Assembly: GCA_963674945.2 (NCBI GenBank)
Contig: CAXXWQ010000003.1
Span: 2,528,001 to 2,592,000, forward strand
DNA: 64,000 bases
Reading direction: 5' to 3'
Source: an uncultured Desulfosarcina sp.
GTDB lineage: Bacteria > Desulfobacterota > Desulfobacteria > Desulfobacterales > Desulfosarcinaceae
Of this stretch, positions 11,049 through 21,494 are shown in pieces. The translations under genes and the position numbers were made by a program. Numbering within the stretch: the stretch's first letter is position 1; the number at the start of each line of letters is the position of its first letter. The notes under the pieces were generated by a model. It worked only from the letters and a program-made list of their open reading frames with translations, did not search any database and had not been told where the DNA came from.

Positions 11049-13576
11049 GCGCCGCAGCATTTTTTGTATTTTTTCCCGCTGCCGCAGGGACACGGTGAAT
11101 TTCTACCGATCTTGTCCGCTTTTCGCTTGACCGGCTTTTTGACCGCAGCCTGATCCTGACTTCCGGAAAAGATCAGTTCCTGCTCTTTGGGTTTGCTAAA
11201 ATCCTCGACCTGTTCCGGCTCGGCCAGTTGGATCCGGAACAAGATACCAAGGGTCTCATTCTTGATCCGCTCGATGGTCTCCTGGAACATTTCGAAACCC
11301 TCTTTTTTATATACCAAAAGCGGGTTTTGCTGTGCGTATCCACGAAGCCCGATCCCCTCTTTCAGATGATCCATGGAAAGCAGATGATCCTTCCACAAAT
11401 TATCGACGGTCTGAAGCATGACCATGCGCTCCAGTTGCCGAAAGTCATCCTCTGCGCCGAGCATGGAAGCCTTCCTTTCGTAAACGGAATGGGCCTGTTC
11501 ATAAATCAGCTGTGACAATCCTTCGTCGTTGAGCCCATCCAATGTGTTTTCGTCAGGCCTTTCCAGCCTGAAGTTGAACTGCTGGAATACGGCATCGGAA
11601 ATGGCATTCCAATCCCATTCCTCGGGAAGCGCCCTTTCATCTGCAAACTGCCCGGCGATTGTTTCGGCCGCCTCGAGCATGATGTCTTCGATGGTGGACT
11701 TTAAGTCCACCCCGGTGAGAAGATCGCGACGCTGCTTGTAGATCACCTCCCGCTGCTGGTTCATCACATCGTCGTATTCCAGAAGGTGTTTTCTTATGTC
11801 GAAATTGTGGCCTTCCACCTTGGACTGGGCGTTTTCGATGGCACGGCTGATGAGGTTGTGTTCGATGGGCTCCCCTTCATCCATGCCCAGTCGTTCCATG
11901 ATTCCGGTGATTCGTTCGCCACCGAAGATTCGCAGCAAATCGTCCTCCAGCGCCAGATAAAAACGGGATGAACCGGGATCCCCCTGGCGTCCGGACCGAC
12001 CACGCAACTGATTGTCGATGCGCCGGCTTTCGTGGCGTTCGGTCCCTAAAATGTGCAGGCCGCCCAGTTCGGTCACCCCCTCGCCCAAGACGATGTCGGT
12101 ACCCCTGCCCGCCATGTTGGTACTGATGGTGACGGCATTTTTCTGGCCCGCCATGGAGATGATCTCCGCCTCCTTTTCGTGGTTTTTCGCGTTGAGCACC
12201 TCGTGGGGAATACCGTGTTTCTTCAGTTTCTTGGCAACTTGTTCGGAAATATCGATGGATACCGTTCCCACCAGGACCGGTTGCCCCTTTTTGTGAAGCT
12301 CCTTGATCTCGTTGATAGCGGCATCGAACTTTTCCTTTCGGGTCTTGTAGATCACATCGGGAAAGTCCTTTCGAATCATCGGTTTGTTTGTGGGAATGAC
12401 CGATACATCCAGGTTGTAAATCTTCTTGAATTCCGCCGCCTCGGTATCCGCCGTTCCGGTCATGCCCGCCAGTTTGTCGTACATGCGGAAATAGTTCTGA
12501 AAAGTGATGGTGGCAAGGGTCTGGTTTTCGTTGGCGATCTTTACGTTCTCTTTCGCTTCCAGGGCCTGATGAAGACCTTCGCTGTATCGCCGACCGGGCA
12601 TGAGACGGCCGGTGAACTCGTCGACGATGATCACCTCGCCCTCCTTGACGATGTAATCCACGTCACGCTTGAACAGGGTGTGGGCCTTGAGCGCCTGATT
12701 GGTATGGTGAAGCAATTCGATGTTACCCGGGTCATAAAGATTTTCCACGCCCAACATCGTTTCGGCGTGTGCCACGCCTTCCTCGGTGAGGGTTACGCTG
12801 CGGGCTTTTTCATCGATCTTGTAATCCACTTCGGCCTTGAACTTGGGAACAACGGCGTTGACCTGATAGTACAACTGCGTGGATTTTTCCGCGGGACCGG
12901 AGATGATCAAGGGAGTTCTCGCCTCGTCGACGAGGATACTGTCCACTTCATCCACAATGGCATAGTGAAGATCCCGTTGGACCAGGGCATTGCCATCGAA
13001 TTTCATGTTGTCCCGCAAATAGTCGAACCCGAATTCGTTGTTGGTCCCGTAAGTGATGTCTGCGCCATACGACTCTTTCCGTTGATCGTCGGTAAGACCG
13101 TGTTGAATCGTTCCCACGGTCATCCCCAAAAATTGGTAGATTTGTCCCATCCATTCCGTGTCGCGGCGGGCGAGGTAGTCGTTGACCGTGATCACGTGCA
13201 CGCCGCGGCCGGTCAGGGCATTGAGATAAGCCGGGAGGGTGGCCACCAGGGTTTTTCCCTCACCGGTTTTCATTTCGGCAATTTTTCCCTTATGGAGGAC
13301 CATTCCACCAATGAGCTGGACATCGTAATGGCGCATTTTCAGCGCCCGTACGGAGGCCTCCCGGACGGTGGCAAAGGCTTCGGGAAGCAACTGATCCAAT
13401 GGTTCTTCGTTGGAAAGGCGTTCCTTGAACCGTTGGGTTTGGCCTTTTAACTGCTGGTCGTCCATGGCTTGTATTTTCGGCTCCAATTCATTGATGGCCG
13501 CAACGAGGGGTTGAAGTTTTTTCAACTCCCGTTCATTCTTGCTGCCGAAAATTTTCGTTAGGAGTGTGCTGATCAT
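11045..13576 (-). CDS. secA: Preprotein translocase ATPase SecA
   Basis: [27 protein letters not shown] and a C-terminal SEC-C motif [18 protein letters not shown]. Confidence 0.98.
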   Translation of the reverse strand: MISTLLTKIFGSKNERELKKLQPLVAAINELEPKIQAMDDQQLKGQTQRFKERLSNEEPLDQLLPEAFATVREASVRALKMRHYDVQLIGGMVLHKGKIAEMKTGEGKTLVATLPAYLNALTGRGVHVITVNDYLARRDTEWMGQIYQFLGMTVGTIQHGLTDDQRKESYGADITYGTNNEFGFDYLRDNMKFDGNALVQRDLHYAIVDEVDSILVDEARTPLIISGPAEKSTQLYYQVNAVVPKFKAEVDYKIDEKARSVTLTEEGVAHAETMLGVENLYDPGNIELLHHTNQALKAHTLFKRDVDYIVKEGEVIIVDEFTGRLMPGRRYSEGLHQALEAKENVKIANENQTLATITFQNYFRMYDKLAGMTGTADTEAAEFKKIYNLDVSVIPTNKPMIRKDFPDVIYKTRKEKFDAAINEIKELHKKGQPVLVGTVSIDISEQVAKKLKKHGIPHEVLNAKNHEKEAEIISMAGQKNAVTISTNMAGRGTDIVLGEGVTELGGLHILGTERHESRRIDNQLRGRSGRQGDPGSSRFYLALEDDLLRIFGGERITGIMERLGMDEGEPIEHNLISRAIENAQSKVEGHNFDIRKHLLEYDDVMNQQREVIYKQRRDLLTGVDLKSTIEDIMLEAAETIAGQFADERALPEEWDWNAISDAVFQQFNFRLERPDENTLDGLNDEGLSQLIYEQAHSVYERKASMLGAEDDFRQLERMVMLQTVDNLWKDHLLSMDHLKEGIGLRGYAQQNPLLVYKKEGFEMFQETIERIKNETLGILFRIQLAEPEQVEDFSKPKEQELIFSGSQDQAAVKKPVKRKADKIGRNSPCPCGSGKKYKKCCGA

Positions 13577-13789
13577 CGATTCATCTCCAATCTGTCAACC
13601 GGATGGGTATCGCCTCGAATGGTGTAGGGAGAATACCGTATATTCTCAACATCGTCGGATAACGATCCTAAACCATTTTTCTGGGTCACTCAAGCGCAAA
13701 GGAGGAATTGATTCGTCCTGTCCGACGGTATGGGGTTGATTCGGCGGGTCGGATCCGGCTGGATTACAATGGCGAAAAGTACGATCCGG

Positions 13790-14719
13790 TCAATTCAGAA
13801 TATAGTTGGCGGGATTTACGGCAACGCCGTTGAGGTGAACTTCATAGTGAAGATGTGGTCCGGTACTTCGCCCACTGTTTCCCATCTGGGCAATGATGTC
13901 ACCTCGTGTGACGCGCTCTCCTCGTTTTTTCAATGTCTTTTCCAGATGGGCATACCGAGTGATCATGCCGTGTCCGTGGTCGATCACGAGAACACGCCCC
14001 ATCCCCCCCTTTTTGCCTGTAAACGATACAACGCCGTCTGCCGTGGCGACGATGGCGGTGCCTTTCCGATTGGCAATGTCGATTCCCTTGTGGAACTCCC
14101 TGTGTCCGGTGAACGGTGACGAACGGTATCCGAATCGGGAGGTCATCCATCCCTGGGTGGGTCGAATGGCCGGGGTGGAGGAAAGCAGGTTACGATGTCC
14201 CTGTACCTGGTCGAGGACGAGATCGAAACGTGACTTCTGCTCGGCGACGGCAGACGTCATGGCATTTACTTGCTGGTGCATCTGACGAAGGAGATCCGAA
14301 TGCCCCTGGTTCAGTTCCACACGAGGATTCAGATCTTCCGGTGCTGCGCCGCCGACACCGAAAACGCTGCCGTCGTCTTCAACCGGATCCAGGTTGGCAA
14401 TGATCCGAATCTTCTCCTCAAAATGGCCAAGCGCAACAAGTTCATCCTTGAGTGCATTGATCTCTTCGGCAAACGTCTGTATCTGCTGCCGTTGCTGGAC
14501 GATCTCGTCCCGTTGTTCCATGACGGTACCGGCCATTTCGCCATTGGCGATGATGGATTGTTGCAGACTTTGGAAACCATATACAAAAAGCCCGCACACG
14601 CCAACCACACCAATACACATCAGAGCCATGAGCGAAAGAAGCGTCGGAGAAAAGCTGATTCGCCGCACGCGTCCGCCCGCTTCGCTCACGACAATGAAGG
14701 ATATCTTTTTGGATTTCAT
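13790..14719 (-). CDS. M23 family metallopeptidase with TM segment and coiled coil
   Basis: HKGIDI and STGPHLHYEV motifs; N-terminal hydrophobic helix. Confidence 0.92.
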   Translation of the reverse strand: MKSKKISFIVVSEAGGRVRRISFSPTLLSLMALMCIGVVGVCGLFVYGFQSLQQSIIANGEMAGTVMEQRDEIVQQRQQIQTFAEEINALKDELVALGHFEEKIRIIANLDPVEDDGSVFGVGGAAPEDLNPRVELNQGHSDLLRQMHQQVNAMTSAVAEQKSRFDLVLDQVQGHRNLLSSTPAIRPTQGWMTSRFGYRSSPFTGHREFHKGIDIANRKGTAIVATADGVVSFTGKKGGMGRVLVIDHGHGMITRYAHLEKTLKKRGERVTRGDIIAQMGNSGRSTGPHLHYEVHLNGVAVNPANYILN

Positions 14720-14889
14720 CTCAATGCACCAGATTCTAAAAGATCAAAATTTACAAATAGTTATAAAAAACAGAACATCGCTGCCACGACATCGGGCACA
14801 TGCCATGGCAGTGTTTATGTCCTGGAACCTACCACTTGCGTTTCGAAAACGTCACCGCCGCATTCAACGATGGTGGTGAGGTACCGGTC

Positions 14890-15798
14890 TTATGCGATTC
14901 CGAGTTTGAATTTCAACGACTTCAAGGTGTTGAGCATGAGCATGGTGATGGTCATGGGGCCGACACCACCGGGCACCGGGGTAATATAACCGGCGATCTC
15001 CTTGGCCGCATCGAAATCCACGTCACCCTTTAGTATGGCGATTTTCTTTCCTGTCTTTTCGCTGACTTTCTCACCAACGCGATTCACACCGACATCGATG
15101 ACACAGGCACCGGGTTTGATCCATTCGGGTTTTACGAGGTCCGGTACGCCAGCGGCGACGATGAGGATATCGGCACGCTTGCAATGGGCGGCCAGGTCTT
15201 TCGTCCGGGTGTGGACGACGGTTACCGTGCTGTTGGCACCGGGACCTTTTTGAACCATCATGTTGGCGATGGGTTTTCCAACGATGTTGGACCGTCCCAC
15301 GACGACCACCTCGGCGCCACTGGTCTCCACACCGGCGCGGACGATCATCTCCTGGATTCCCGCCGGCGTACAGGGTGGAAACTTGACTTCGTCGCCGCCG
15401 ATCATCAGTCGGCCGACGTTGACCGGATGAAAGCCGTCCACATCCTTGTCCGGATCGATGGCATTGAGAACTTTCTTCTCATCGACATGTTTTGGAAGTG
15501 GCAATTGGACCAGGATGCCGTTGATGCTGTCGTCTTTATTGTACTTGTCAATCAGAGCAAGCAGATCCGCTTCGGAGATGTCAACCGACTGGCTGTCCTG
15601 AATTTCCTTGAAACCGACACGGTGCGCCGTCTTGATCTTTAAGGTCACATAGGAAATGGATGCCGGGTTTTCCCCCACCAAAATGGTAACCAATCCGGGA
15701 ACCACGCCGTGTTTTTCCTTGATCTCCTTTACCTCGGCGGTGATCTCTTCGAGAATCTGTTCCCTGATTTCGGTACCTTTGATAAGCGTTGCTGTCAT
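14890..15798 (-). CDS. folD: Methylenetetrahydrofolate dehydrogenase/cyclohydrolase
   Basis: GILVQLPLP, KDVDGFHP, GRSNIVGKP and TPVPGGVGPMT. AAGGAG SD before the ATG at 15798. Confidence 0.96.
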   Translation of the reverse strand: MTATLIKGTEIREQILEEITAEVKEIKEKHGVVPGLVTILVGENPASISYVTLKIKTAHRVGFKEIQDSQSVDISEADLLALIDKYNKDDSINGILVQLPLPKHVDEKKVLNAIDPDKDVDGFHPVNVGRLMIGGDEVKFPPCTPAGIQEMIVRAGVETSGAEVVVVGRSNIVGKPIANMMVQKGPGANSTVTVVHTRTKDLAAHCKRADILIVAAGVPDLVKPEWIKPGACVIDVGVNRVGEKVSEKTGKKIAILKGDVDFDAAKEIAGYITPVPGGVGPMTITMLMLNTLKSLKFKLGIA

Positions 15799-16019
15799 CT
15801 CCAATCTCCTTTCACATTCATGGTTTCCGAAAGGGTCGTCCCACAATACGACGCCCTCGGCGAAAAAATAATGATGGTGGCTTGTTGTACGGATGCGAGT
15901 GCCTGAAAAACGTCAGGCGCGGTTAGGACCATCCCTGCCTTAGTCTAAATCGACACGGATGTCAATAAAACGATAATAATCTCAAAAAGGCAATCCCATT
16001 TAAAGGGTCGGCCACGACA

Positions 16020-17057
16020 TCATAGGGGAAATGGCACGGCATCCAAACCAGCGGTTTCGGAACGTTCATACATCAGGTTCATGTTCTGCACGGCCTGGCC
16101 TGCGGCGCCCTTTACCAGGTTGTCGATGACCGACATGAGGATCAGGCGGCCCGAGCCAGGATCGATTTTCCAGCCGATATCGCAGAAATTGGTCCCCCGA
16201 ACACAATAGGTATCCGGAAACCTTCCGTCTGGGAGCAGTCGAATGAAGGGCTTTTCGGCGTAATACGCTTCAAGACATTTGCGGATCGTATCATCGTCGA
16301 CCCCTTCCGATGGTTTCAGGTACATGGTGCTTTCCATTCCCCGGGTAATGGGCAGCAAGTGTGGGACGAAGGTGATCTTCACTGGTTTGCCGGCCGCCTT
16401 GGAAATATTCTCCTCCATCTCCGGCGCATGACGATGGCTTGCCACCTTGTAGGCCTTAAAAGATTCGTTGACATGGCAAAAGTGGGTGGTCGCGGTAGCA
16501 CCTCGGCCGGCGCCGCTCACGCCTGACTTGCAGTCGGCGACAACCGAGGAGGAATCCACCAGTCCCTCTTTTACCAGCGGAAGCAAGGGCAGCAGTACGC
16601 AGGTGGGATAACATCCGGGATTACCGATGAGATTGGCCTTCGGGATCTCTTTCGGGTACCACTCACAAAGTCCATAGACCGCCTGATCCAGAAGATGGGC
16701 ACAACGATGGGGCTGATAATGGGCCTCGTATGCCGTTTGATCCGAAAATCGAAAGTCAGCGGACAGGTCCACCACCCGTTTTCCAGCGGCAAGAAGATCG
16801 GGCACCATGGACATGGAGACCTTGTGTGGCAGGGCGAGAAAGACCACATCGCTTCGGTCACAAATGATCTTGGGATCGTTCTCTTCATATGAGAGCTGGA
16901 CCAATCCGTTCAAGGCCGGATAGATGGTCGAAAACGCTTTCCCCGCAAACTGGCGGGAGGTGACGAGGGTGAGGGAGACGTCGGGGTGGCCGGAGAGGAT
17001 ACGAACCAGTTCGGCACCGGCATAGCCCGAAGAGCCGACAACGGCTGCACGGATCAT
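16020..17057 (-). CDS. argC: N-acetyl-gamma-glutamyl-phosphate reductase
   Basis: GSSGYAG, NPGCYPT, SGVSGAGR and DNLVKGAAGQAVQN motifs. Confidence 0.96.
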   Translation of the reverse strand: MIRAAVVGSSGYAGAELVRILSGHPDVSLTLVTSRQFAGKAFSTIYPALNGLVQLSYEENDPKIICDRSDVVFLALPHKVSMSMVPDLLAAGKRVVDLSADFRFSDQTAYEAHYQPHRCAHLLDQAVYGLCEWYPKEIPKANLIGNPGCYPTCVLLPLLPLVKEGLVDSSSVVADCKSGVSGAGRGATATTHFCHVNESFKAYKVASHRHAPEMEENISKAAGKPVKITFVPHLLPITRGMESTMYLKPSEGVDDDTIRKCLEAYYAEKPFIRLLPDGRFPDTYCVRGTNFCDIGWKIDPGSGRLILMSVIDNLVKGAAGQAVQNMNLMYERSETAGLDAVPFPL

Positions 17058-17126
17058 GTGGACTCCTGTTATTCTTGGGTATTTCTTTGTTCTCCGTCTC
17101 TATCAACGGAGGATTGGTTTCTTCGA

Positions 17127-17155
17127 CTTATAAAGGAAAGGATTCGGGGGGTCAA
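17127..17155 (-). promoter_or_regulatory. Putative sigma70 promoter for argC
   Basis: TTGACC-N17-TATAAG on the minus strand, about 70 bp upstream of the start. Confidence 0.5.
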
Positions 17156-17240
17156 GGGTTCGAGCCTATGGTAACCGCATTTCATATCATTGTTTCTAAT
17201 GAATACGGTCTGTTTCCATCTTCGATGGGGCATTCATGAT

Positions 17241-17300
17241 GGACGAAGGACGCGGGACGAAGTACGAGAAAGGCCATATCGGTTCCTCCTTCGTCCTTCC
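17241..17300. repeat. Inverted heptamer-repeat element (GGACGAA type)
   Basis: GGACGAA GGACGCG GGACGAA GTACGAG ... TTCCTCC TTCGTCC. Confidence 0.6.
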
Positions 17301-17311
17301 TTTTTTGCCTA

Positions 17312-18028
17312 TCATCCCCCCAAATAGGCCTTCTTCACCTCCGGATCGTTGATCAAGGTTTCGCTGTCGCCTTCGAGCACAAGGTTGCCGTTTTCCAGCA
17401 CATACCCTTTCTGTGAGAATTTCAAGGCCAATCGGGCATTTTGCTCCACCAGCAGGATGGCGGTCCCCTCCTGCCGGTTGATCTCCTTTAGCGCCTGGAA
17501 CACATTCATCATGAGAAGGGGAGACAATCCCATGGAGGGTTCGTCCAGCAGCATCAGTCGTCGACCGCTCATGAATGCCCTGCCGATGGCGAGCATCTGC
17601 TGTTCCCCACCGCTCATGGTCCCCGATGCCTGGGATTTGCGCTCTTCGAGTCTGGGAAAAATCTCGAACACCCGGCGAATGTCTTTTTTCACCTGGTCGC
17701 GATCCTTTCTGGCAAAGGTGGCCAATTGGAGGTTCTCCATCACCGTGAGATTGCCGAACAGACGGCGACCCTCGGGAACATGCGTGATCCCCAGTTGGCT
17801 GACCACCTTGTCCGCGGCAAAAGTAAGCAGATCCTTTCCCATACAGGTCATGGCAGATCCCGCCTCCACCGGTACCATTCGGGAAACTGCGCGCAGTGTG
17901 GTGCTTTTCCCGGCACCATTGGCGCCGATGATGGTGACGATTTCACCGGCGTCGATGTTGAAGCTGATCCCGTGCAGGGCTTTGATCTTTCCGTAGGAGA
18001 CCCTGAGGTTTTCCACTGTGAGAAGCAT
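17312..18028 (-). CDS. livF: Branched-chain amino acid ABC transporter ATPase (LivF-like)
   Basis: GANGAGKS, MSGGEQQMLAI and LLDEPS; overlaps the livG stop (TGATG). Confidence 0.9.
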   Translation of the reverse strand: MLLTVENLRVSYGKIKALHGISFNIDAGEIVTIIGANGAGKSTTLRAVSRMVPVEAGSAMTCMGKDLLTFAADKVVSQLGITHVPEGRRLFGNLTVMENLQLATFARKDRDQVKKDIRRVFEIFPRLEERKSQASGTMSGGEQQMLAIGRAFMSGRRLMLLDEPSMGLSPLLMMNVFQALKEINRQEGTAILLVEQNARLALKFSQKGYVLENGNLVLEGDSETLINDPEVKKAYLGG

Positions 18029-18801
18029 CAGAATTCCACCTCCTGTTCGCCGATGTACGCCTCGATGACCTTGGGATGATTCTGGACCTCTTCGGGTATT
18101 CCCTCCACGAGCACCTGTCCGAAGACCAGGGCCTGAACATGCTGGCACAACTCGTGAACCACCTTCAACCGATGTTCGATGAGAAAGATGGCAAGATTGA
18201 ACCGTTCGTGGGCTTTTCTGACCACTTCGATCATGGCCATCATTTCGTCCGGCGTCATTCCAACGGTGGGTTCGTCCAGCAGCAGCACCTTGGGCTCGAT
18301 GACCAGGGCGCGGGCCATCTCCACCCGCCGCTGGGCACCGTAGGGCAGATTGATCACCAGTTGGTCGGCGAACTGATCAACGGCAAACATCCTCATGTAT
18401 TCCATGGCCATCTGCGTCGCATGACGCTCCTGTTGACGACGTTTGGGGGTGTCGAAAAAGGCGCCGCGCAGGCCATAGGAGAACTTGGAATAGCGGGCCA
18501 TTTTGATGTGTTCCAAAACCGTCATGTGGCGCCACAGCTTCATCTCCTGGAATGTGCGGGCCAGTCCCATCGCCGCCGTTTCATTGGGTTTTTTCCCGAC
18601 GAGCGGCTGGCCGTCGAATACCACCGATCCTTTTGTGGGACGATGGATACCGGTAATCAGGTTGAAGATGGTGGTTTTTCCGGCGCCGTTGGGGCCGATG
18701 AGGCCGATGATCTGTCCGGGGTCCAGACTGAGATCGTAGTTGGATACGGCCTGCAGGCCGCCGAAGTTGTGGCTCATGTCGGAAACTTGCAAAAGCGGCA
18801 T
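18028..18801 (-). CDS. livG: Branched-chain amino acid ABC transporter ATPase (LivG-like)
   Basis: GPNGAGKT, LPYGAQRRVE and VIEAYIG motifs. Confidence 0.9.
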   Translation of the reverse strand: MPLLQVSDMSHNFGGLQAVSNYDLSLDPGQIIGLIGPNGAGKTTIFNLITGIHRPTKGSVVFDGQPLVGKKPNETAAMGLARTFQEMKLWRHMTVLEHIKMARYSKFSYGLRGAFFDTPKRRQQERHATQMAMEYMRMFAVDQFADQLVINLPYGAQRRVEMARALVIEPKVLLLDEPTVGMTPDEMMAMIEVVRKAHERFNLAIFLIEHRLKVVHELCQHVQALVFGQVLVEGIPEEVQNHPKVIEAYIGEQEVEF

Positions 18802-18802
18802 A

Positions 18803-20146
18803 TCAATCCACCTCCTTGGGGCCGAAAACTTTCCTGACATCGAACTCCTTGAAGGCGATCAATCCGGTAGGCCGGTAGATCATCACCAGTATGAGCAGAA
18901 GCGGAATCACGATCCATTTCAGAATTTCCAGGGGACGCAACGCTTCGCCCAGCAGGCTGATGGAGACGGCCCCCACGATGGACCCGTACACGGAGTTGAG
19001 GCCGCCGAAATAGACCATGGCGAGCACTTCCGCCAGTTTTTGTACGCTGAACATGGCCGGATTGATATATCGAATCACATGTGCCAGCAATCCGCCGGCC
19101 ACACCGGCCCAGAACGCACCGAACATGAAGGCGGTCATCTTCGTTTTTCGGGTATTTACGGTCATGGCAGCGGCAGCGGTTTCGTCGTCGCGAACGGCGT
19201 TCAATGCCTTGCCCAGAGTGGATGTGACGAAATTGTTGATGGTCCACACGCCAAAGGCCATGGTGATGAAAATCACGGGCAAAGAGGCCCAATCCGGTTG
19301 CCCGGCGATTCCCCGGCTACCGCCCAGAGCCTGTACGTTTTCAAACAGGCTCTTGACGATGAACAAAAAGGCCAGACTGATGATGGCCAGGTAGTCTCCC
19401 CGGGTTTTGAACGAGGGAATGGCGATGATCAGCGCGCCAATGGCCGCCATGATGCCGCCGAAGAGAAGGGCCAGGGGAAATGTGACAAAGGCGCCGGAAA
19501 AGGTGAACACCGCATCCCCCAGCACCTTATCGTTGGTGAAAAGTCCCACGGTAAACAGGCTGGACATATATGCGCCGATGGCCATGAAACCGGGATGGGA
19601 ACAGGAAAATTCTCCCATGTATCCGTTGATGATGTTCAAGCTCAAGGTGAACAGGACGGCGATCAGCGTCAGTTTGAGGGTGATCAGGCGATAGTCGCTC
19701 ATCTCGGCCCAGATGTGAAGAACCGCGTACATCACCCCCAATTGAACCATTGCGGTGATCACGAGGGGGAACCGCTGCAGGTATCGGCACAATCCATTGG
19801 CCGGCTTGGCAACCGCCCGTGAGACGAGTACCAGGGGTATCAGGTAGATGACGATGAAGTAAGCCAGGGCACCTGGAATATGGAATAGCGTAGCCCAATC
19901 AAACACCTCTCCCTTTAGCAGTAAATTGATGATTCCGGCAAAGACCTTGAACGTGGTGAGAAGACCGAAAAGCACCGGCATCTTGGGCAGACCCAGAATC
20001 GAAGCCAGGTCTTCGCCCACCAATTGTTCCCAAAAGGCGCAGGCCAAAAAACCGATTAAAAATCCCAACAGGGGTACCGGCGTAAAAAACAGGCCAATCC
20101 GATCGAAGATATTGTTCGGTTTGGGGGCAAGGGCATTTTCCATCAT
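18803..20146 (-). CDS. livM: Branched-chain amino acid ABC permease (LivM-like) with extra N-terminal TM segments
   Basis: RGDYLAIISLAF and GKALNAVRDDE motifs; many TM helices. Confidence 0.85.
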   Translation of the reverse strand: MMENALAPKPNNIFDRIGLFFTPVPLLGFLIGFLACAFWEQLVGEDLASILGLPKMPVLFGLLTTFKVFAGIINLLLKGEVFDWATLFHIPGALAYFIVIYLIPLVLVSRAVAKPANGLCRYLQRFPLVITAMVQLGVMYAVLHIWAEMSDYRLITLKLTLIAVLFTLSLNIINGYMGEFSCSHPGFMAIGAYMSSLFTVGLFTNDKVLGDAVFTFSGAFVTFPLALLFGGIMAAIGALIIAIPSFKTRGDYLAIISLAFLFIVKSLFENVQALGGSRGIAGQPDWASLPVIFITMAFGVWTINNFVTSTLGKALNAVRDDETAAAAMTVNTRKTKMTAFMFGAFWAGVAGGLLAHVIRYINPAMFSVQKLAEVLAMVYFGGLNSVYGSIVGAVSISLLGEALRPLEILKWIVIPLLLILVMIYRPTGLIAFKEFDVRKVFGPKEVD

Positions 20147-20166
20147 GTTCTATCCTTGGAAAGCTA

Positions 20167-20297
20167 CAGAAGTCAGAAGCCAGTATTCAGGAGCCAGAAT
20201 GAATCTGATGTCGCTTCGCTCCGTCGATTGGATAACATGGATCGAGCCAAAGGCGAATACCTGATTCTGGATTCTGAGTTCTGACTCCTGGATTCTT
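20167..20297. repeat. Inverted heptamer-repeat element (CAGAAGY type) enclosing a 55-bp core
   Basis: Five CAGRAKY-like units, core at 20210-20264, then five inverse GATTCTG-like units. Confidence 0.75.
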
Positions 20298-20400
20298 TTA
20301 ACAATAATACCTAAGAGCCAATGAACGCTGACCTTTTCCAGAAGACCGAGTTTTCTACACCTCAATAAATTCCAAATCATGATCGAGCGTTATCGACGAA

Positions 20401-21366
20401 TCAAAGCCGCAGCTTCGCACTGTATTCCTGGCCGAAGAGGCCGTGCGGCCGAAAGATCAAAATGATCAGGACGATGGAATAGGCGATAAGGTCACGCAGG
20501 TTGGAGCCGATGTTCAGGGCAAAGAGCCGGTTGACGATCTGGATGGCCGGTACGGTCATGATTTCGATGAACCCCAGCATGAAACCGGCGACACAGGCAC
20601 CCATGATAGACCCTCTTCCGCCGAGGATGGCCGCCACGAAGGCCTTCCACCCGAAGCTCACCCCCATGTAGGGGTCCAGCACCGGATATGCCAGGCCGAA
20701 GAGAATGCCGGCGGCGGCGGCAAGGGCCGAACCGATGGCAAAGGTCAGGGCGGCAATGGTGTTCAGGGGCACGCCCACAAGGGGTACGACCACATAATCA
20801 TAGGCCATGGCACGCATGGCCATGCCCCATCGGGTACGGTTGATCAACTGGTGAAGCGCCAGCATCAGGGTAAGAGAAACCAGCACGATCATGATTTTCT
20901 TGTTGGTCACATAGACACCACCGATGTTGTAGGTGACCGATTGGATCAATTGTGGAAATTTCAACCGCTGGCCCCCCAAAAAAAGGATATTGCCGGTTTC
21001 CAGGATGATGCCGATCATCAATCCGGTAATGGCGGCCGATGCCCGCGGCGCCTCCCGCAAAGGCCGGTATCCGACCCGTTCGACGATGATTCCAACGAAC
21101 GCGGTGAGAAACATGGAGATGAGGATGGTCAGCACCAAAAGAATCCATCCGGGTAGGATGGCAGACGCCCCTGCGCCGAACAATGCCAGGAGGCCCAGCG
21201 AAACACCCAATCCGATATAGGCGCCGACCATGAAGATATCGCCATGGGCGAAATTAAACAGCATCAAAATGCTGTACACCATGGAGTAGCCGAGGGCGAT
21301 CAGGGCATAGAAACTGCCCCATTGCAGGGCGTTGATCAAATTCTGCATGAAAAAATTGAACGTCAT
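20401..21366 (-). CDS. livH: Branched-chain amino acid ABC permease (LivH-like)
   Basis: GSFYALIALGYSMVY, NFAHGD and KAFVAAILGG motifs. Confidence 0.9.
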   Translation of the reverse strand: MTFNFFMQNLINALQWGSFYALIALGYSMVYSILMLFNFAHGDIFMVGAYIGLGVSLGLLALFGAGASAILPGWILLVLTILISMFLTAFVGIIVERVGYRPLREAPRASAAITGLMIGIILETGNILFLGGQRLKFPQLIQSVTYNIGGVYVTNKKIMIVLVSLTLMLALHQLINRTRWGMAMRAMAYDYVVVPLVGVPLNTIAALTFAIGSALAAAAGILFGLAYPVLDPYMGVSFGWKAFVAAILGGRGSIMGACVAGFMLGFIEIMTVPAIQIVNRLFALNIGSNLRDLIAYSIVLIILIFRPHGLFGQEYSAKLRL

Positions 21367-21414
21367 GGAAGGCGGCTCCCGTCGTCGGATAAAAAAGGTA
21401 GGCCCGTAGCGGTG

Positions 21415-21448
21415 CCGGCCGCCTCTCCCAATGGGCAGAAGCGGCCGG
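21415..21448 (-). terminator. GC-rich stem-loop between the binding-protein and permease genes
   Basis: CCGGCCGCCTCT...AGAAGCGGCCGG; typical mRNA-stabilising or attenuating hairpin. Confidence 0.45.
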
Positions 21449-21494
21449 TGAATCATGATCCATAGATTCGCTTCGGGGATATGAGGATACTATA

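Noticed and set aside
12053..13450. 465-aa ORF antisense to secA, and similar long antisense ORFs over clpA, liv, ileS and pdxS
   Set aside because: Shadow ORFs expected from GC-rich codon bias; no motifs, and fully overlapped by confident genes.
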